Source: a virus
Lineage: Duplodnaviria; Caudoviricetes
Length of the DNA: 27,770 bases
Direction: 5' to 3' (one strand)
Virus record (IMG/VR): IMGVR_UViG_3300012953_000169
Location: 1-27,770 of that record
Shown here one piece after another: positions 7,101 to 17,045 of this stretch (position 1 is the first letter of the stretch; every line of letters starts with the position of its first letter). A model generated the notes under the pieces. The model had not been told where the DNA came from. It did no database searches and saw only the letters and a list, made by a program, of their open reading frames with translations. A program made the position numbers and the translations under genes.

Positions 7101-10100
7101 GTGTTAGAGTTATTGATGGTGGTGATTTTATAAACAGACAATTATTAGTTAAACCCTCTGGTATATCAACGATATACAATACTGTTACTTTTGAGAATCA
7201 TGGATTTGGTGATGGTGATTTAATTGAGTACAATGTAACTGCTGGAGTAGGCACTACAACTGCACAATCAATTTCTGGTTTAACAACAACCACTGGAATA
7301 ACATCAACATCTCAATATTACAATATTGTAAAGATAGATGGCAATTCTTTCCAACTATCAGATGCTGGAATAGGTGTAGGTGCAAGTGATACTAATTTTA
7401 ACCGTAATTTTACTGTAGATTTTTCTTCACAAGGTACTGGATATCAAATATTTAAGTATCCTGATGTAGAGGTTACATTAACATATACACCTGTTGGATT
7501 TGGTACTACATCCCAGAGTTATAGTGATATTACACTCACTCCTCAAATTACTGGAAGTATTATTGACACATATTTGTATGAAACTGGTACTGGATATGGT
7601 TCAACCATATTGAATTTTGAGAAGAAACCAATATTATCCATTAAAACTGGAAAACTTGCATCATTAAAACCAATTATTGTTAATGGATTAGTAGAATCTG
7701 TTAATATTGAGTATGGTGGGGAAGAATATTTCTCAAGTCCTACATTAAATGTTTTAGATTCTACAGGATCTGGTAGTGGAGCTCAATTAAGACCAGTTAT
7801 TGCTAACGGTAAACTCACTGATGTGAAAGTTATCAGTACTGGAATTGGTTATTCTAGTACATCTTCAATAAATGTTGTTTCTGCTGGAAAAAATGCAGTT
7901 TTAAATGTAGATATTAGATCTTTAACAATTGAATTAAACAATAACATGGGTGATGAGTTATTGTTAGAATCTTCAAATAAGTTAGGATATAGTGTTTGTG
8001 GATATGGACAATCTCTTAGTCAATCTTTTGGAGAAGTTGGAAGCGGAACTACAGTAGCTTCTAAGATTGTAGGATGGGCATATGACGGAAATCCAATATA
8101 TGGCCCTTATGGTTATCAGGATCCAGCTAATTCTAGTGAAGATGCTAGAAGGTTAGTTTCTGGATATGAATCAAATATTACAAATATATCAGATAGACCA
8201 CTCGGATTTAATGTTGGATTTTTTGTAGAGGACTATAAATTTACAAATTCTGGAGATTTAGACAGAAATAATGGTAGATTTGGAAAAACACCAGAATTTC
8301 CAAATGGTGTGTATGCATATTTTTCTACTATAGACAGTAATGGTGATCCACAGTTTCCTTATTTCATTGGAGATTCTTATAGATCTATACCTTTAGAGCA
8401 AAATATTGATCAATCGTTTGATTTTAAAACTTCAGAGTTAAGAAGAAATACATTCCCATATAGAGTATCGGATAAAAATGCTGATAATGACTTTATTATT
8501 GAAACTAATGAACTTGAATCTCAAAAAATAGAAATTGAATCAATTACGGAAGGTTCAATTGATGAATTATCGGTCATTTCTGCTGGAGATAATTATAAAA
8601 TTAATGATTCTATTGATTTTGAAAATATAGGTGGTGGAAGTGGTGTCATAACAAAGGTTTCTTCATTAAAAGGAAAAAGTGTTACTAATGTGAGTGTTGC
8701 AACTTCATCATATGATGATGCAGTATTCGTTTGGGATGGTAATAATAAAGTAAAAGTTAATGTTTTATCTAATCATAATTGGATTAATCGGAATAATATT
8801 ATAATTTCTGGAGTTTCTACTTCATCAGGTATTTCTTCTGAAGTTTCTGCATTAAGTGCTATTGATGGTGAGTATGTTATTGGTGTAACTTCAACATATT
8901 CTTCAGTAATTTCTGAAATTCCTATTCTTGCTGGATCAGCATCCACTGAAATATATGTTTCAACAGTACCAAATTCAGTTTCAGTGGGAAGTAGTTTGGT
9001 AATTGGTGGATCATATAGCGATACCTGCCAAATATTGAATATATTTAAAGACCAAAATATATTAAGAGTAGTTAGAAGTAATCCAGGTGTTGCACATAGT
9101 GTATCTTCTCCAATAACATTTGTTACAAATTCATTCAGTATTGATAAATCAGTACTTGCTTTTGATTCTAAATTGAATGATAATGTTTATTTTAATCCAG
9201 CAAAGTCTGTTGGTTTTGGTACCACTTCAGGAGTGACACATTCAACTACTTTTGGATTTGGTAGTACTACAATTACTAGAAATATTCCAACTCAAAGAAT
9301 TTATATTGAGAATCATCCATTTAAAACAAACCAACAAATAACCTTTACAAAGGCTTCAGGTGCTGCAGAGATTGATATTTCAACAACTCCAATATCTGCT
9401 CTTTACAATTTACCATCTACACTCTATGTTTCGGATACCACTCCAAATACAATTGGTATAAAAACAGGTGTTGGAGCAGCAAGTTCTGATGTATACTTTA
9501 GAGCTTGCACTGGTGATGACGATACTTATTTGTTTAAGAGTAATTTTGATCAAGTAACTGGTAATTTACAAAAAATTGAAGGAACTGTTTCTATATCAAC
9601 TTCTTCAACACTAGATTTAAAATTTGGAGATATTGTTAATTTAAATATACAACCAAATCTATCTGTTGGTAGTGGTACATCAACAGCAATAAAGGTTGTA
9701 AGAGATTCTGAAACTGGATTTATTTTGGTCAATCCAGTGCAAACAATTTATAGTAATATAGATGTTGCTGCTGACACTATTAGAATTGATAATCATGGAT
9801 TTAAGAGAGGTGATAAGGTATTCTATACAATTGCTGATGGTACATTCCCTACTGGATTAAGTACTAATAGTTCATATTTTACATACGTTGTTGATGAGAA
9901 TTTTATTCAATTATCAGAAACATCTATAGATTGTTTATCCAACCCACCAAAAGTTGTTGATATTACAGCAGCTGGTCTTGGAACTAGTAAGTTCTATTCT
10001 ATCAATCCTCAGATAGAAGTTGTTAAAAATAATAATTTAGTATTTGATTTAACCGATTCTTCTTTACAAGATTATCAGTTAAAATTCTATTATGACAATG

Positions 10101-13100
10101 AGTTTAAAAATGATTTTGTATCTACTGCATCTACTACAAATTCATTCAATATAATTGATGTTGGTACAGTTGGAGTTGGAACTACATCTTCACGTACAAT
10201 TAATCATAATACATCATTACCTACAAAATTATATTATTCACTAGAGAAATCTGGATTCATTAGTACAGCAGATACTGAGGTTGTTGATTATTCTGAAATC
10301 AAATATGTAGATAGTTTATATAATAAATCTTACAATGTTGTTAGCGTAGCATCTACTACTTTTGGTATTACATTATCTCAAGTTCCAGAGAAATTATCAT
10401 ATAATTCAAGTGAATGTGACGATATCTCATATACTACTAGTTCCTTAAATGAAAAAGGCCCTATTTCTAAGGTTAATATTATTTCAGGTGGAATTAACTA
10501 TAAAAAGATACCTAATTTTGTTGGATCAAGTTCTACTGAAGGTAGTGGTGCATATGTTATTGCTAAATCAAAATCAATTGGTAATGTTAATAAAATAAGA
10601 ATTCTTAATGAAGGATTTGAATATTCTGCAGATAATACTTTGGAACCTACTGCATTAATATCTCCACTTATTTCTGTTAATAATTCAAGTACAATAGGTA
10701 TTGTTACAGTTACTGATGGTGGTCTTGATTATCTTTATGCACCTAATATAGTTGTTGTAGATTCAACTACATTGGAGAAAATTGATAGAGGACTCCTTAA
10801 AGCTGAATTAAGTGGAAATTCTATCTCTAAGGTAGATGTTATAGTTCCTTCAAATGGACTTCCTGATGAAGGAGTATCTTTATTTGCTGTTAACAATTCT
10901 AATGGAGTTGCTATTTCTACAGTACAATCTAATTCTACTGGAATATTTACATGCTATACAGGTTTGGGTACAGGAACTGATGCAGGATTTGCAATAAACG
11001 ATGAAGTTTTTGTTGAAGGTATTACCAGATATATTGACGAAGCATCGGGTATAGGTACTGAAGGAACTGGATTTAATTCTGAAGATTATGGATATAAATT
11101 TGGTACAGTTACAGGTGTTACAGCAGGTACTAATTGGCAAATTACTATAAATCTTGAATCTACAGGTATATCAACAAATGTAGGTATTGCAAAAACTGAT
11201 CAAGAATTATTTGCAACTCTTGTTAATAGAAATAATTATCCTACATTCACAACAGTTGAAGTACCAAATAAATTTATTATTGGTGAAGAATTGATAATAG
11301 ATGAAGTTTTGGTTGGATTAACCGTTCAAAGTTTTGATAATGATTTTATTAAGGTATATGGAACTTATGATATTAAAGTTGGTGATATTATTATTGGAAG
11401 TGTTTCTGGTTCAAGAGCAACTATTGACAGTATTAAAGATAATTTAGCAAAATATAAGGTCAAATTCTCAAACAAGAAAGATATTGGATGGTCTGATGAT
11501 ATTGGAAAATTAGATTTAGACAATCAGGTTATTCCAGATAATGATTATTATCAAAATCTATCTTATACAATTAAGAGTTCTAAAGGATATGAAGAATTGA
11601 GAAGTCCAGTAAGTGCATTACTTCATACAAGTGGACTTAAGAATTTTGCTGATGTTGGAATAGGATCAACAACAAGATCTACTGGTGGAATATCTAGTGA
11701 AGGAGATTGGAGAGTTGGAACTTCTAGTACTGATTTTTCAATTGTAATAAAGGATGTATATGAAGATAGTAGGGTTGAGACTATTACTGATGTTGATACA
11801 GGTACTGATTTTAGTGAAAGTTTCAGTAAGTCTAAATTTATAAAATTAGATAGTTTGAAATTACTTGATTATACTGAAGCAAAGAGTAATGAAGTTCTTT
11901 TAGTTGATAATATTAATAGTCAGTTTTCTAATTTAGGTGGAGATCCATCCGAATACTTAGATGTTCAACTTTTAGATGATACTGTTGGTTCTCAAACTAT
12001 TCTTTTCAGAACTACTAATTTATCAAACACATCTATACAAACAAATGAATTAGTAATATTGAATAATGGATCTGATAAGGTTCTATTAGAAAAATCATTA
12101 TTGGAAGATGATAGTAGTATTGGAACTTTTAGTATTGATACAGATACATTTGGATCATCATTTCTTAGATTTACACCTGCACCAAATGCATATGATTATG
12201 ATTATAATTTAAAATCAATCAAAACTAGCACTGATAGTTTAAGTGGTGTAGGAACTTTTGGTATAGGATTTATTAATAAGGTTTCATTTGTTGGTATTGC
12301 AACTACTAGTAGTTCGGGGATAACTACAACTTCTATTGTATCTGCTAATACCAATCACTTTACTTCATTCTTGGCCCAGAATCATTTAGTTAATAAAAAT
12401 ACTAATGAAATGAATTATGTTGAAGTGTATGTTATTCATGATGGAACTGATACTTATCTTTCAGAATACTTTGTAGATACTCATAATCCTCAAGATGGAT
12501 ATTCTGGTACTTTAATGGGTTCTTTTAATGGTAATATTAGTGGATCTACTTTCTCTCTAGAATATAAAAACGATTTAACTGATGAAGTTGAGGTTAAGTC
12601 TAATATAGTAGGATTTGGTACAACTGCAGTTGGAATTGGTACATATAGATTTAAAGCAACTGGTCAACCAGATGGATCTGAGAGAACTGCAATTTATCAA
12701 TCTGATTACTTTATTGGTGTTGGTGGAACAACAAACTTGGTTGGATTATCATCAAGTCTTTTCAATTCAGGTAAATCATTAGTTCAGGTTAGTGTTGGAT
12801 CGACAAGAATAGTTTCGGAGGTTATGTTTAATCATGATTCGACAGATACTTTCTTCCATAGAGGAGCATTTTTATCTCCAATTGGATTAGGAACAAATAA
12901 TCCTATCGGAGTTTTAACTGCGGGTTATGATGGAAGTGAGTTTGTATTAAAATTCACTCCAGAAGCTGCATATGCATCAAATACAATTGAGATTTCTGCA
13001 CTTACTTTAGGATTGTATACTGATACTTTAGCTGATAATCATTCAAATATAAATGATTTTGAATATGGTCAAACAAATGAAGTTATTGGATTGCAGTATT

Positions 13101-16100
13101 ATAATTCAATTAATGGTGATAGAATTAATAGAACTAATTTCACTTTGAATAATGATAATACACCAATCTGTGCAAAGACTTTCAATCCTAATGATTCTAA
13201 TATTGTAAATCTTTCTACTGGATTAATTACTATTAAAAATCATTTCTTTAGAACAAATGAAGAATTAATATACACACCTAATTCCACTTTTGCTGGTATT
13301 GGAAGCACTGCAATGCAGTATGTAAGTGGTTCTTATCACCATCAACTTCCATCAACAGTTTTTGCTATTAGAAATGATTTTGAAAGTTTCTATCTTTCCA
13401 CTGAAAGGGGTGGATCTGCTGTTACTTTTGCTGGAGTAGGTACAGGAAATGCTCATGAATTATCAATGTCATTATCCAATACAAAGGGTATATTCACTAT
13501 TGATAATATAATTCAAGCACCATTAGCATTCTCTCCAGTAAATCATACCTTACAAAATAATGCAGAGTCTGTTCTAGGTGGTGTTGGTATTGGTACTACA
13601 GCAACTATATTCTCAGTTAGTGGAATATCTTCATTAGCTCCTTCAGATATATTGAAGGTTGATAATGAGTATATGAAGGTTCTCAATCTAGGTATTGGAA
13701 CTGAAACATTTGGACCTATTACCACTGGTATTGGAACAACTAGTCTTATAGAGGTTGAAAGGGGTTTTGTTGGAACTTCTGCAACTGCTCATACTAATAC
13801 CACAACAGTACAACTTTATAAGGGTTCTTATAATATTGTTGGTAAAGAAATACATTTTACCAGTCCACCTAAAGGAAACCCACAATTAAATAAAACTACT
13901 AGCAATCTAAATTGGCCAACTTCTGATTTTACTGGAAGAGTATATCTCAGGAATGATTATACTACCAATCAGGTATATGATGATGTTTCTGATAAATTTA
14001 CTGGAATTACTACAAATTTCAATTTAACAGTTAATGGTTCTCCAGCAGTTGGAATGGGAACTACTGGTGGAAATGGTCTTACAATAATTAATGGAATCTT
14101 CCAAAGACCATCAGCAGAGAATAATCCTCAAAATAATTATAAGATTTTAAATCCTAGTACGGGTTCAGCCACAACTAGTATAATGTTTACTGGCATAACA
14201 ACCGAATTTGGAGATCCTATAGTTATTAATGAAGTAGATATAAATGAAAATCAATTACCAAGAGGTGGTGTAATAATTTCTCTTGGGTCTACACCAGGAT
14301 TAGGATATGCACCTTTAGTACCAGCACAGGTTTATGCATCATTGAATGTCACTGGTGGTATAACAACAATTGTTGGTGCTGCTTCAACAGGTCCATCAAA
14401 TTCAATCACAACTGCTTCATATAATAATTTAACTGGTGTATTGGAAATTACTACACAAAATGCACATAATTTTGAGGTAGGTATTGTTGATCAAGTTAAA
14501 TTAGCTGGTTTAGCATTTACATGCCCAAGTGGTTCTGGTATTACTACTACTATATTCCCAGAAGCGGCTGTAGGTTTAGGTAGTACAAGTTTAGATTACA
14601 GTATTCTTAGTGTTGGGTCTACCAATACCTTTACTACTAATGTTGGTGTTAGTACTATCATACACACTTATAATAGTGGTGGATCTGTAATGCCTTGGTA
14701 TGGAGGAGCTAATTTTGGTTCTGCATATAGAGGAGATAGTGTTTCTATTGCTGTAACCGATATACCATATACTCATAAATTTGTAAGTGCAGCAACAAAT
14801 ACTATATCAGGATTTACTACATCACCTTCAGATGTTGATTACAATCCAGCAACTGGATTTATGATTGTAACTTTACCTAACCATGGAAAAACAACTAGTG
14901 ATACTATAACGTTTAATGATAACACAATAATATTAACATGTTCTAAAGATGATTATGCTACTGAGCACCCATACCCAAGAGCAAGTGATCGCATTTCTGG
15001 TATAGCAACTCCAGTTACTGCTTATGATAATAATACATTTACAGTTTATGTTGGTGAAAATGCTGGTTCTGGTGCTGTAGTTACAGCCACAGTCGGTGCT
15101 GGTGGAACTCTAGCATTCGGTATTGACTCTGCTGGTTCCAATTACCAGAATCCACAAATTGTTGTTCCTGCACCATCATATGCAGGTCTTGGAGTTACTG
15201 GAATTTCTAGATTATCAACTGGATCAACTACTGATACTGGAGTTGGATTGCTTCTTAATTTAGAAGTAGGAGCAGCTTCTACTGTTGGTATAGGTTCTAC
15301 ACAATTTTCTATTAATAAGTGGGAAATTGCAAGGAATGGTTATGCATTCCAACGTGGTGATATTTTTGCACCTGTTGGATTAGTTACTGATGCTAATCTA
15401 GCAAGTCCAGTAGAAGAATGTCAATTTGAAGTATTGGACGTATATTCAGACCCATTTGCAGCATGGCAATTTGGTCAATTTGATTATATCGACAGTATTA
15501 AGGGTTTACAAAACGGAACTAGAAGAAGATTTGATTTAAAATATGATGGTGATCTTTTAAGTTTCGAAATACCAGATAATCCAGATTTCCCATCAATAAA
15601 TCTTACAAATGCTTTATTGATACTGATAAATGGAGTGTTACAAGAACCTAAAATTGCATATGAATTTGTTGGAGGTACATCTTTCGTATTTTCAGAAGCA
15701 CCTAAACCAGAAGATGATGTTGCAATATTCTTCTATCGTGGAAGTCCTGCAACTGATTCATCATTGGTAACAAATGTAAGGCCTTCTCTTAAGAAAGGTG
15801 ATACAGTTCAATTGATGAAAATTCTTGAACAAAATCCACAAGGTGAAGCATTAAATCAAGACCCTAGACAAATTTCAAATTTATCATCATCTGATAAAAT
15901 AGAAACTAATCTTTATACTGGTGTAGGAATTGGGTTATCTCCAAAATCATTGAGTTGGACAAAACAGAAAGTTGATAGAGTAATTGATGGGGAATTTATT
16001 TCCAAGTCTAGAGGTTCTTTAGAAGCATTGATATTCCCAACTTCAAAAGTTATAGGTAATATTGGATTAACTACTAATACAATATATTTGGATTCTACGG

Positions 16101-17002
16101 AATTATTTGATGAGGATGTGGATCCTGCAGTAAATCCTGTTGGTGGATTTATTGTAGATAACACCAGTCCCGTTGCTGCTGCATTGACTGCCACAGTATC
16201 TGCTGCTGGAACTATTTCAGCACTCACTATTGTTAGTGGTGGATCTGGTTATATCGGTGCAACAACTTCAGTTTCTATATCCGCACCACCAGTTGGTGTA
16301 GGCACATTCATTAAACCAGATGGTTCAGTTGGTATAGGATCAACTACAACGGCAACTGTTACTGTATCTAATGGAGTCCTTACAGGAACTCCAACAATTA
16401 CAATGGCAGGATTGGGTTATACCCTTACAAATCCACCTCAAGTGATAGCATCACTTCCAAATTATAATACTGAACAATTTAGCAATGCTACTGCTGTTAA
16501 AGGATTCTCTGGAATTATAACTGGTATTGGTACTGCAGTAGGTGTGGGAACTATATTAGCAGTTGAGTTTTATCTACAACGTGAAAGTTCCAATCCATGG
16601 ACTCAATTGGTTATAGGAAACCCTGTTTTAATAACTGATACTCAAGTTGGATCTGGAGTAAGTTCTGTTTATGAATCTGGAAGTGGTATAGTTGGAATTG
16701 GTACAACATTCGTAGATAATGTGTATCACGTTGCTCAAGTATCTTATCCTTCTGCCTCTGGTGTTACTGGAGTTGTTACCTGTAATGTTGAATATTTTGG
16801 CAATCATACAGGAATTGGTTCCACTGGAAATACATCAATAGGTAGATTCTCTTGGGGTTCTTTATCTGGATCTTTAACTAGATCTGATGCTGTAGGATTT
16901 GCTGTTAGTGGGTTCACAATTAATTCTGGATTATCTACTTTCCCAACCCTACAAAGAAGAGTTGAAGGTTTGAGAGATACGGGAGGACTTGAACCTCAAT
17001 AA
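4190..17002 (+). CDS. gp7: Giant baseplate wedge initiator, gp7-like (4270 aa)
   Basis: Sits between gp6 and gp8. Has N-terminal NQLPEFV..FLKQYY and LYEAKGTDESFRILFNALYG, internal DNDYYQNLSYTIKS..LLHTSGLKNF, many Gly/Ser/Thr-rich beta modules and a YHYH-like domain. Confidence 0.82.
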   Translation: MIHTGFESRVKVQQILRNQLPEFVVSESPKTVDFLKQYYISQEYQGGPIDISDNLDQYLKVDNLTPDVVVGFTTLTTGIGTAETTISVSNTKGFPIEYGLLKINDEIVTYTGKTATTFTGCVRGFSGITSYHKELDQEELVFSTSEIATHSQDANIENLSSLFLKEFYKKLKYTLTPGLEDVPFISNLNAGSFIKEARSLYEAKGTDESFRILFNALYGETPKVVNLEEFLIKPSSANYVRREVVIAESISGNPLDLVGQTIFKLDDTDTNASISEVEAFSRAGVALTTNQQYFKISLFIGYSDEDTTIQGNFKITPATRSLESVSIGSSVISVDSTVGFANTGVLISGVNTSINYTNKSVNQFFGCTGIDSAITETDTVRNGEIYYSYENGDTSKKVELRLTGVLSGFDQISKTLDLDEGQIISVKNVGDLITGNYYDEVAYPYEKMTHKQIFANSLIYNTSVRYNIKSIASTTLVLEGKIDRSSLKKGDLIEIVVRSSNNVVHGSATDVFVTRVDNNKTVVISSSFTVTTGLEYDIRRKIHIAKSNNVPLEVSNIISDVQNLYIEDDKTAYLASNSLPSGATPDGSSPTGFTTSFVNTIKVSTKSISVDYPPSIVGNGLTSEVASSTFSAIKFNANIPFVNGDEVYYEPSGIPYVGLETGSYFVGLLTTSGTSDTIQLYDSKSFINKGSYIKLRNSKVVGVGTTFVTQYATGNHKFTLNSQKSNEIGVQKSLKKFPFELTTNRANQTKTTSGSIGMLINGVEVTNYKTEDYIYYGPLKSVDILNSGEDYDILNLPKIEISAGVGTTALVQPVGQGSIVNVFVDPQGFNIDKFISIKTTGGNSTAVLEPIIIEKSRVVKFDSRFTDIAPAAGGINTSTNTIKFTEDHGFYTAQEVIYNADGSSEVGVGIGTSTLVTNANYFTKIIDNETIQLFNTSSDALSGINTIVFGSNRTSGIQEIYTLPNQKNVQGVRVIDGGDFINRQLLVKPSGISTIYNTVTFENHGFGDGDLIEYNVTAGVGTTTAQSISGLTTTTGITSTSQYYNIVKIDGNSFQLSDAGIGVGASDTNFNRNFTVDFSSQGTGYQIFKYPDVEVTLTYTPVGFGTTSQSYSDITLTPQITGSIIDTYLYETGTGYGSTILNFEKKPILSIKTGKLASLKPIIVNGLVESVNIEYGGEEYFSSPTLNVLDSTGSGSGAQLRPVIANGKLTDVKVISTGIGYSSTSSINVVSAGKNAVLNVDIRSLTIELNNNMGDELLLESSNKLGYSVCGYGQSLSQSFGEVGSGTTVASKIVGWAYDGNPIYGPYGYQDPANSSEDARRLVSGYESNITNISDRPLGFNVGFFVEDYKFTNSGDLDRNNGRFGKTPEFPNGVYAYFSTIDSNGDPQFPYFIGDSYRSIPLEQNIDQSFDFKTSELRRNTFPYRVSDKNADNDFIIETNELESQKIEIESITEGSIDELSVISAGDNYKINDSIDFENIGGGSGVITKVSSLKGKSVTNVSVATSSYDDAVFVWDGNNKVKVNVLSNHNWINRNNIIISGVSTSSGISSEVSALSAIDGEYVIGVTSTYSSVISEIPILAGSASTEIYVSTVPNSVSVGSSLVIGGSYSDTCQILNIFKDQNILRVVRSNPGVAHSVSSPITFVTNSFSIDKSVLAFDSKLNDNVYFNPAKSVGFGTTSGVTHSTTFGFGSTTITRNIPTQRIYIENHPFKTNQQITFTKASGAAEIDISTTPISALYNLPSTLYVSDTTPNTIGIKTGVGAASSDVYFRACTGDDDTYLFKSNFDQVTGNLQKIEGTVSISTSSTLDLKFGDIVNLNIQPNLSVGSGTSTAIKVVRDSETGFILVNPVQTIYSNIDVAADTIRIDNHGFKRGDKVFYTIADGTFPTGLSTNSSYFTYVVDENFIQLSETSIDCLSNPPKVVDITAAGLGTSKFYSINPQIEVVKNNNLVFDLTDSSLQDYQLKFYYDNEFKNDFVSTASTTNSFNIIDVGTVGVGTTSSRTINHNTSLPTKLYYSLEKSGFISTADTEVVDYSEIKYVDSLYNKSYNVVSVASTTFGITLSQVPEKLSYNSSECDDISYTTSSLNEKGPISKVNIISGGINYKKIPNFVGSSSTEGSGAYVIAKSKSIGNVNKIRILNEGFEYSADNTLEPTALISPLISVNNSSTIGIVTVTDGGLDYLYAPNIVVVDSTTLEKIDRGLLKAELSGNSISKVDVIVPSNGLPDEGVSLFAVNNSNGVAISTVQSNSTGIFTCYTGLGTGTDAGFAINDEVFVEGITRYIDEASGIGTEGTGFNSEDYGYKFGTVTGVTAGTNWQITINLESTGISTNVGIAKTDQELFATLVNRNNYPTFTTVEVPNKFIIGEELIIDEVLVGLTVQSFDNDFIKVYGTYDIKVGDIIIGSVSGSRATIDSIKDNLAKYKVKFSNKKDIGWSDDIGKLDLDNQVIPDNDYYQNLSYTIKSSKGYEELRSPVSALLHTSGLKNFADVGIGSTTRSTGGISSEGDWRVGTSSTDFSIVIKDVYEDSRVETITDVDTGTDFSESFSKSKFIKLDSLKLLDYTEAKSNEVLLVDNINSQFSNLGGDPSEYLDVQLLDDTVGSQTILFRTTNLSNTSIQTNELVILNNGSDKVLLEKSLLEDDSSIGTFSIDTDTFGSSFLRFTPAPNAYDYDYNLKSIKTSTDSLSGVGTFGIGFINKVSFVGIATTSSSGITTTSIVSANTNHFTSFLAQNHLVNKNTNEMNYVEVYVIHDGTDTYLSEYFVDTHNPQDGYSGTLMGSFNGNISGSTFSLEYKNDLTDEVEVKSNIVGFGTTAVGIGTYRFKATGQPDGSERTAIYQSDYFIGVGGTTNLVGLSSSLFNSGKSLVQVSVGSTRIVSEVMFNHDSTDTFFHRGAFLSPIGLGTNNPIGVLTAGYDGSEFVLKFTPEAAYASNTIEISALTLGLYTDTLADNHSNINDFEYGQTNEVIGLQYYNSINGDRINRTNFTLNNDNTPICAKTFNPNDSNIVNLSTGLITIKNHFFRTNEELIYTPNSTFAGIGSTAMQYVSGSYHHQLPSTVFAIRNDFESFYLSTERGGSAVTFAGVGTGNAHELSMSLSNTKGIFTIDNIIQAPLAFSPVNHTLQNNAESVLGGVGIGTTATIFSVSGISSLAPSDILKVDNEYMKVLNLGIGTETFGPITTGIGTTSLIEVERGFVGTSATAHTNTTTVQLYKGSYNIVGKEIHFTSPPKGNPQLNKTTSNLNWPTSDFTGRVYLRNDYTTNQVYDDVSDKFTGITTNFNLTVNGSPAVGMGTTGGNGLTIINGIFQRPSAENNPQNNYKILNPSTGSATTSIMFTGITTEFGDPIVINEVDINENQLPRGGVIISLGSTPGLGYAPLVPAQVYASLNVTGGITTIVGAASTGPSNSITTASYNNLTGVLEITTQNAHNFEVGIVDQVKLAGLAFTCPSGSGITTTIFPEAAVGLGSTSLDYSILSVGSTNTFTTNVGVSTIIHTYNSGGSVMPWYGGANFGSAYRGDSVSIAVTDIPYTHKFVSAATNTISGFTTSPSDVDYNPATGFMIVTLPNHGKTTSDTITFNDNTIILTCSKDDYATEHPYPRASDRISGIATPVTAYDNNTFTVYVGENAGSGAVVTATVGAGGTLAFGIDSAGSNYQNPQIVVPAPSYAGLGVTGISRLSTGSTTDTGVGLLLNLEVGAASTVGIGSTQFSINKWEIARNGYAFQRGDIFAPVGLVTDANLASPVEECQFEVLDVYSDPFAAWQFGQFDYIDSIKGLQNGTRRRFDLKYDGDLLSFEIPDNPDFPSINLTNALLILINGVLQEPKIAYEFVGGTSFVFSEAPKPEDDVAIFFYRGSPATDSSLVTNVRPSLKKGDTVQLMKILEQNPQGEALNQDPRQISNLSSSDKIETNLYTGVGIGLSPKSLSWTKQKVDRVIDGEFISKSRGSLEALIFPTSKVIGNIGLTTNTIYLDSTELFDEDVDPAVNPVGGFIVDNTSPVAAALTATVSAAGTISALTIVSGGSGYIGATTSVSISAPPVGVGTFIKPDGSVGIGSTTTATVTVSNGVLTGTPTITMAGLGYTLTNPPQVIASLPNYNTEQFSNATAVKGFSGIITGIGTAVGVGTILAVEFYLQRESSNPWTQLVIGNPVLITDTQVGSGVSSVYESGSGIVGIGTTFVDNVYHVAQVSYPSASGVTGVVTCNVEYFGNHTGIGSTGNTSIGRFSWGSLSGSLTRSDAVGFAVSGFTINSGLSTFPTLQRRVEGLRDTGGLEPQ

Positions 17003-17020
17003 ATAAATTTTGTTAACTAT

Positions 17021-17028
17021 TATAAATA
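17021..17028 (+). promoter_or_regulatory. T4-type late promoter
   Basis: Exact TATAAATA 17 nt upstream of the gp8 ATG, the same spacing as at gp25. Another AATAAATA at 16998-17005 overlaps the gp7 stop. Confidence 0.85.
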
Positions 17029-17045
17029 TCTAAAAAACAATCAAT

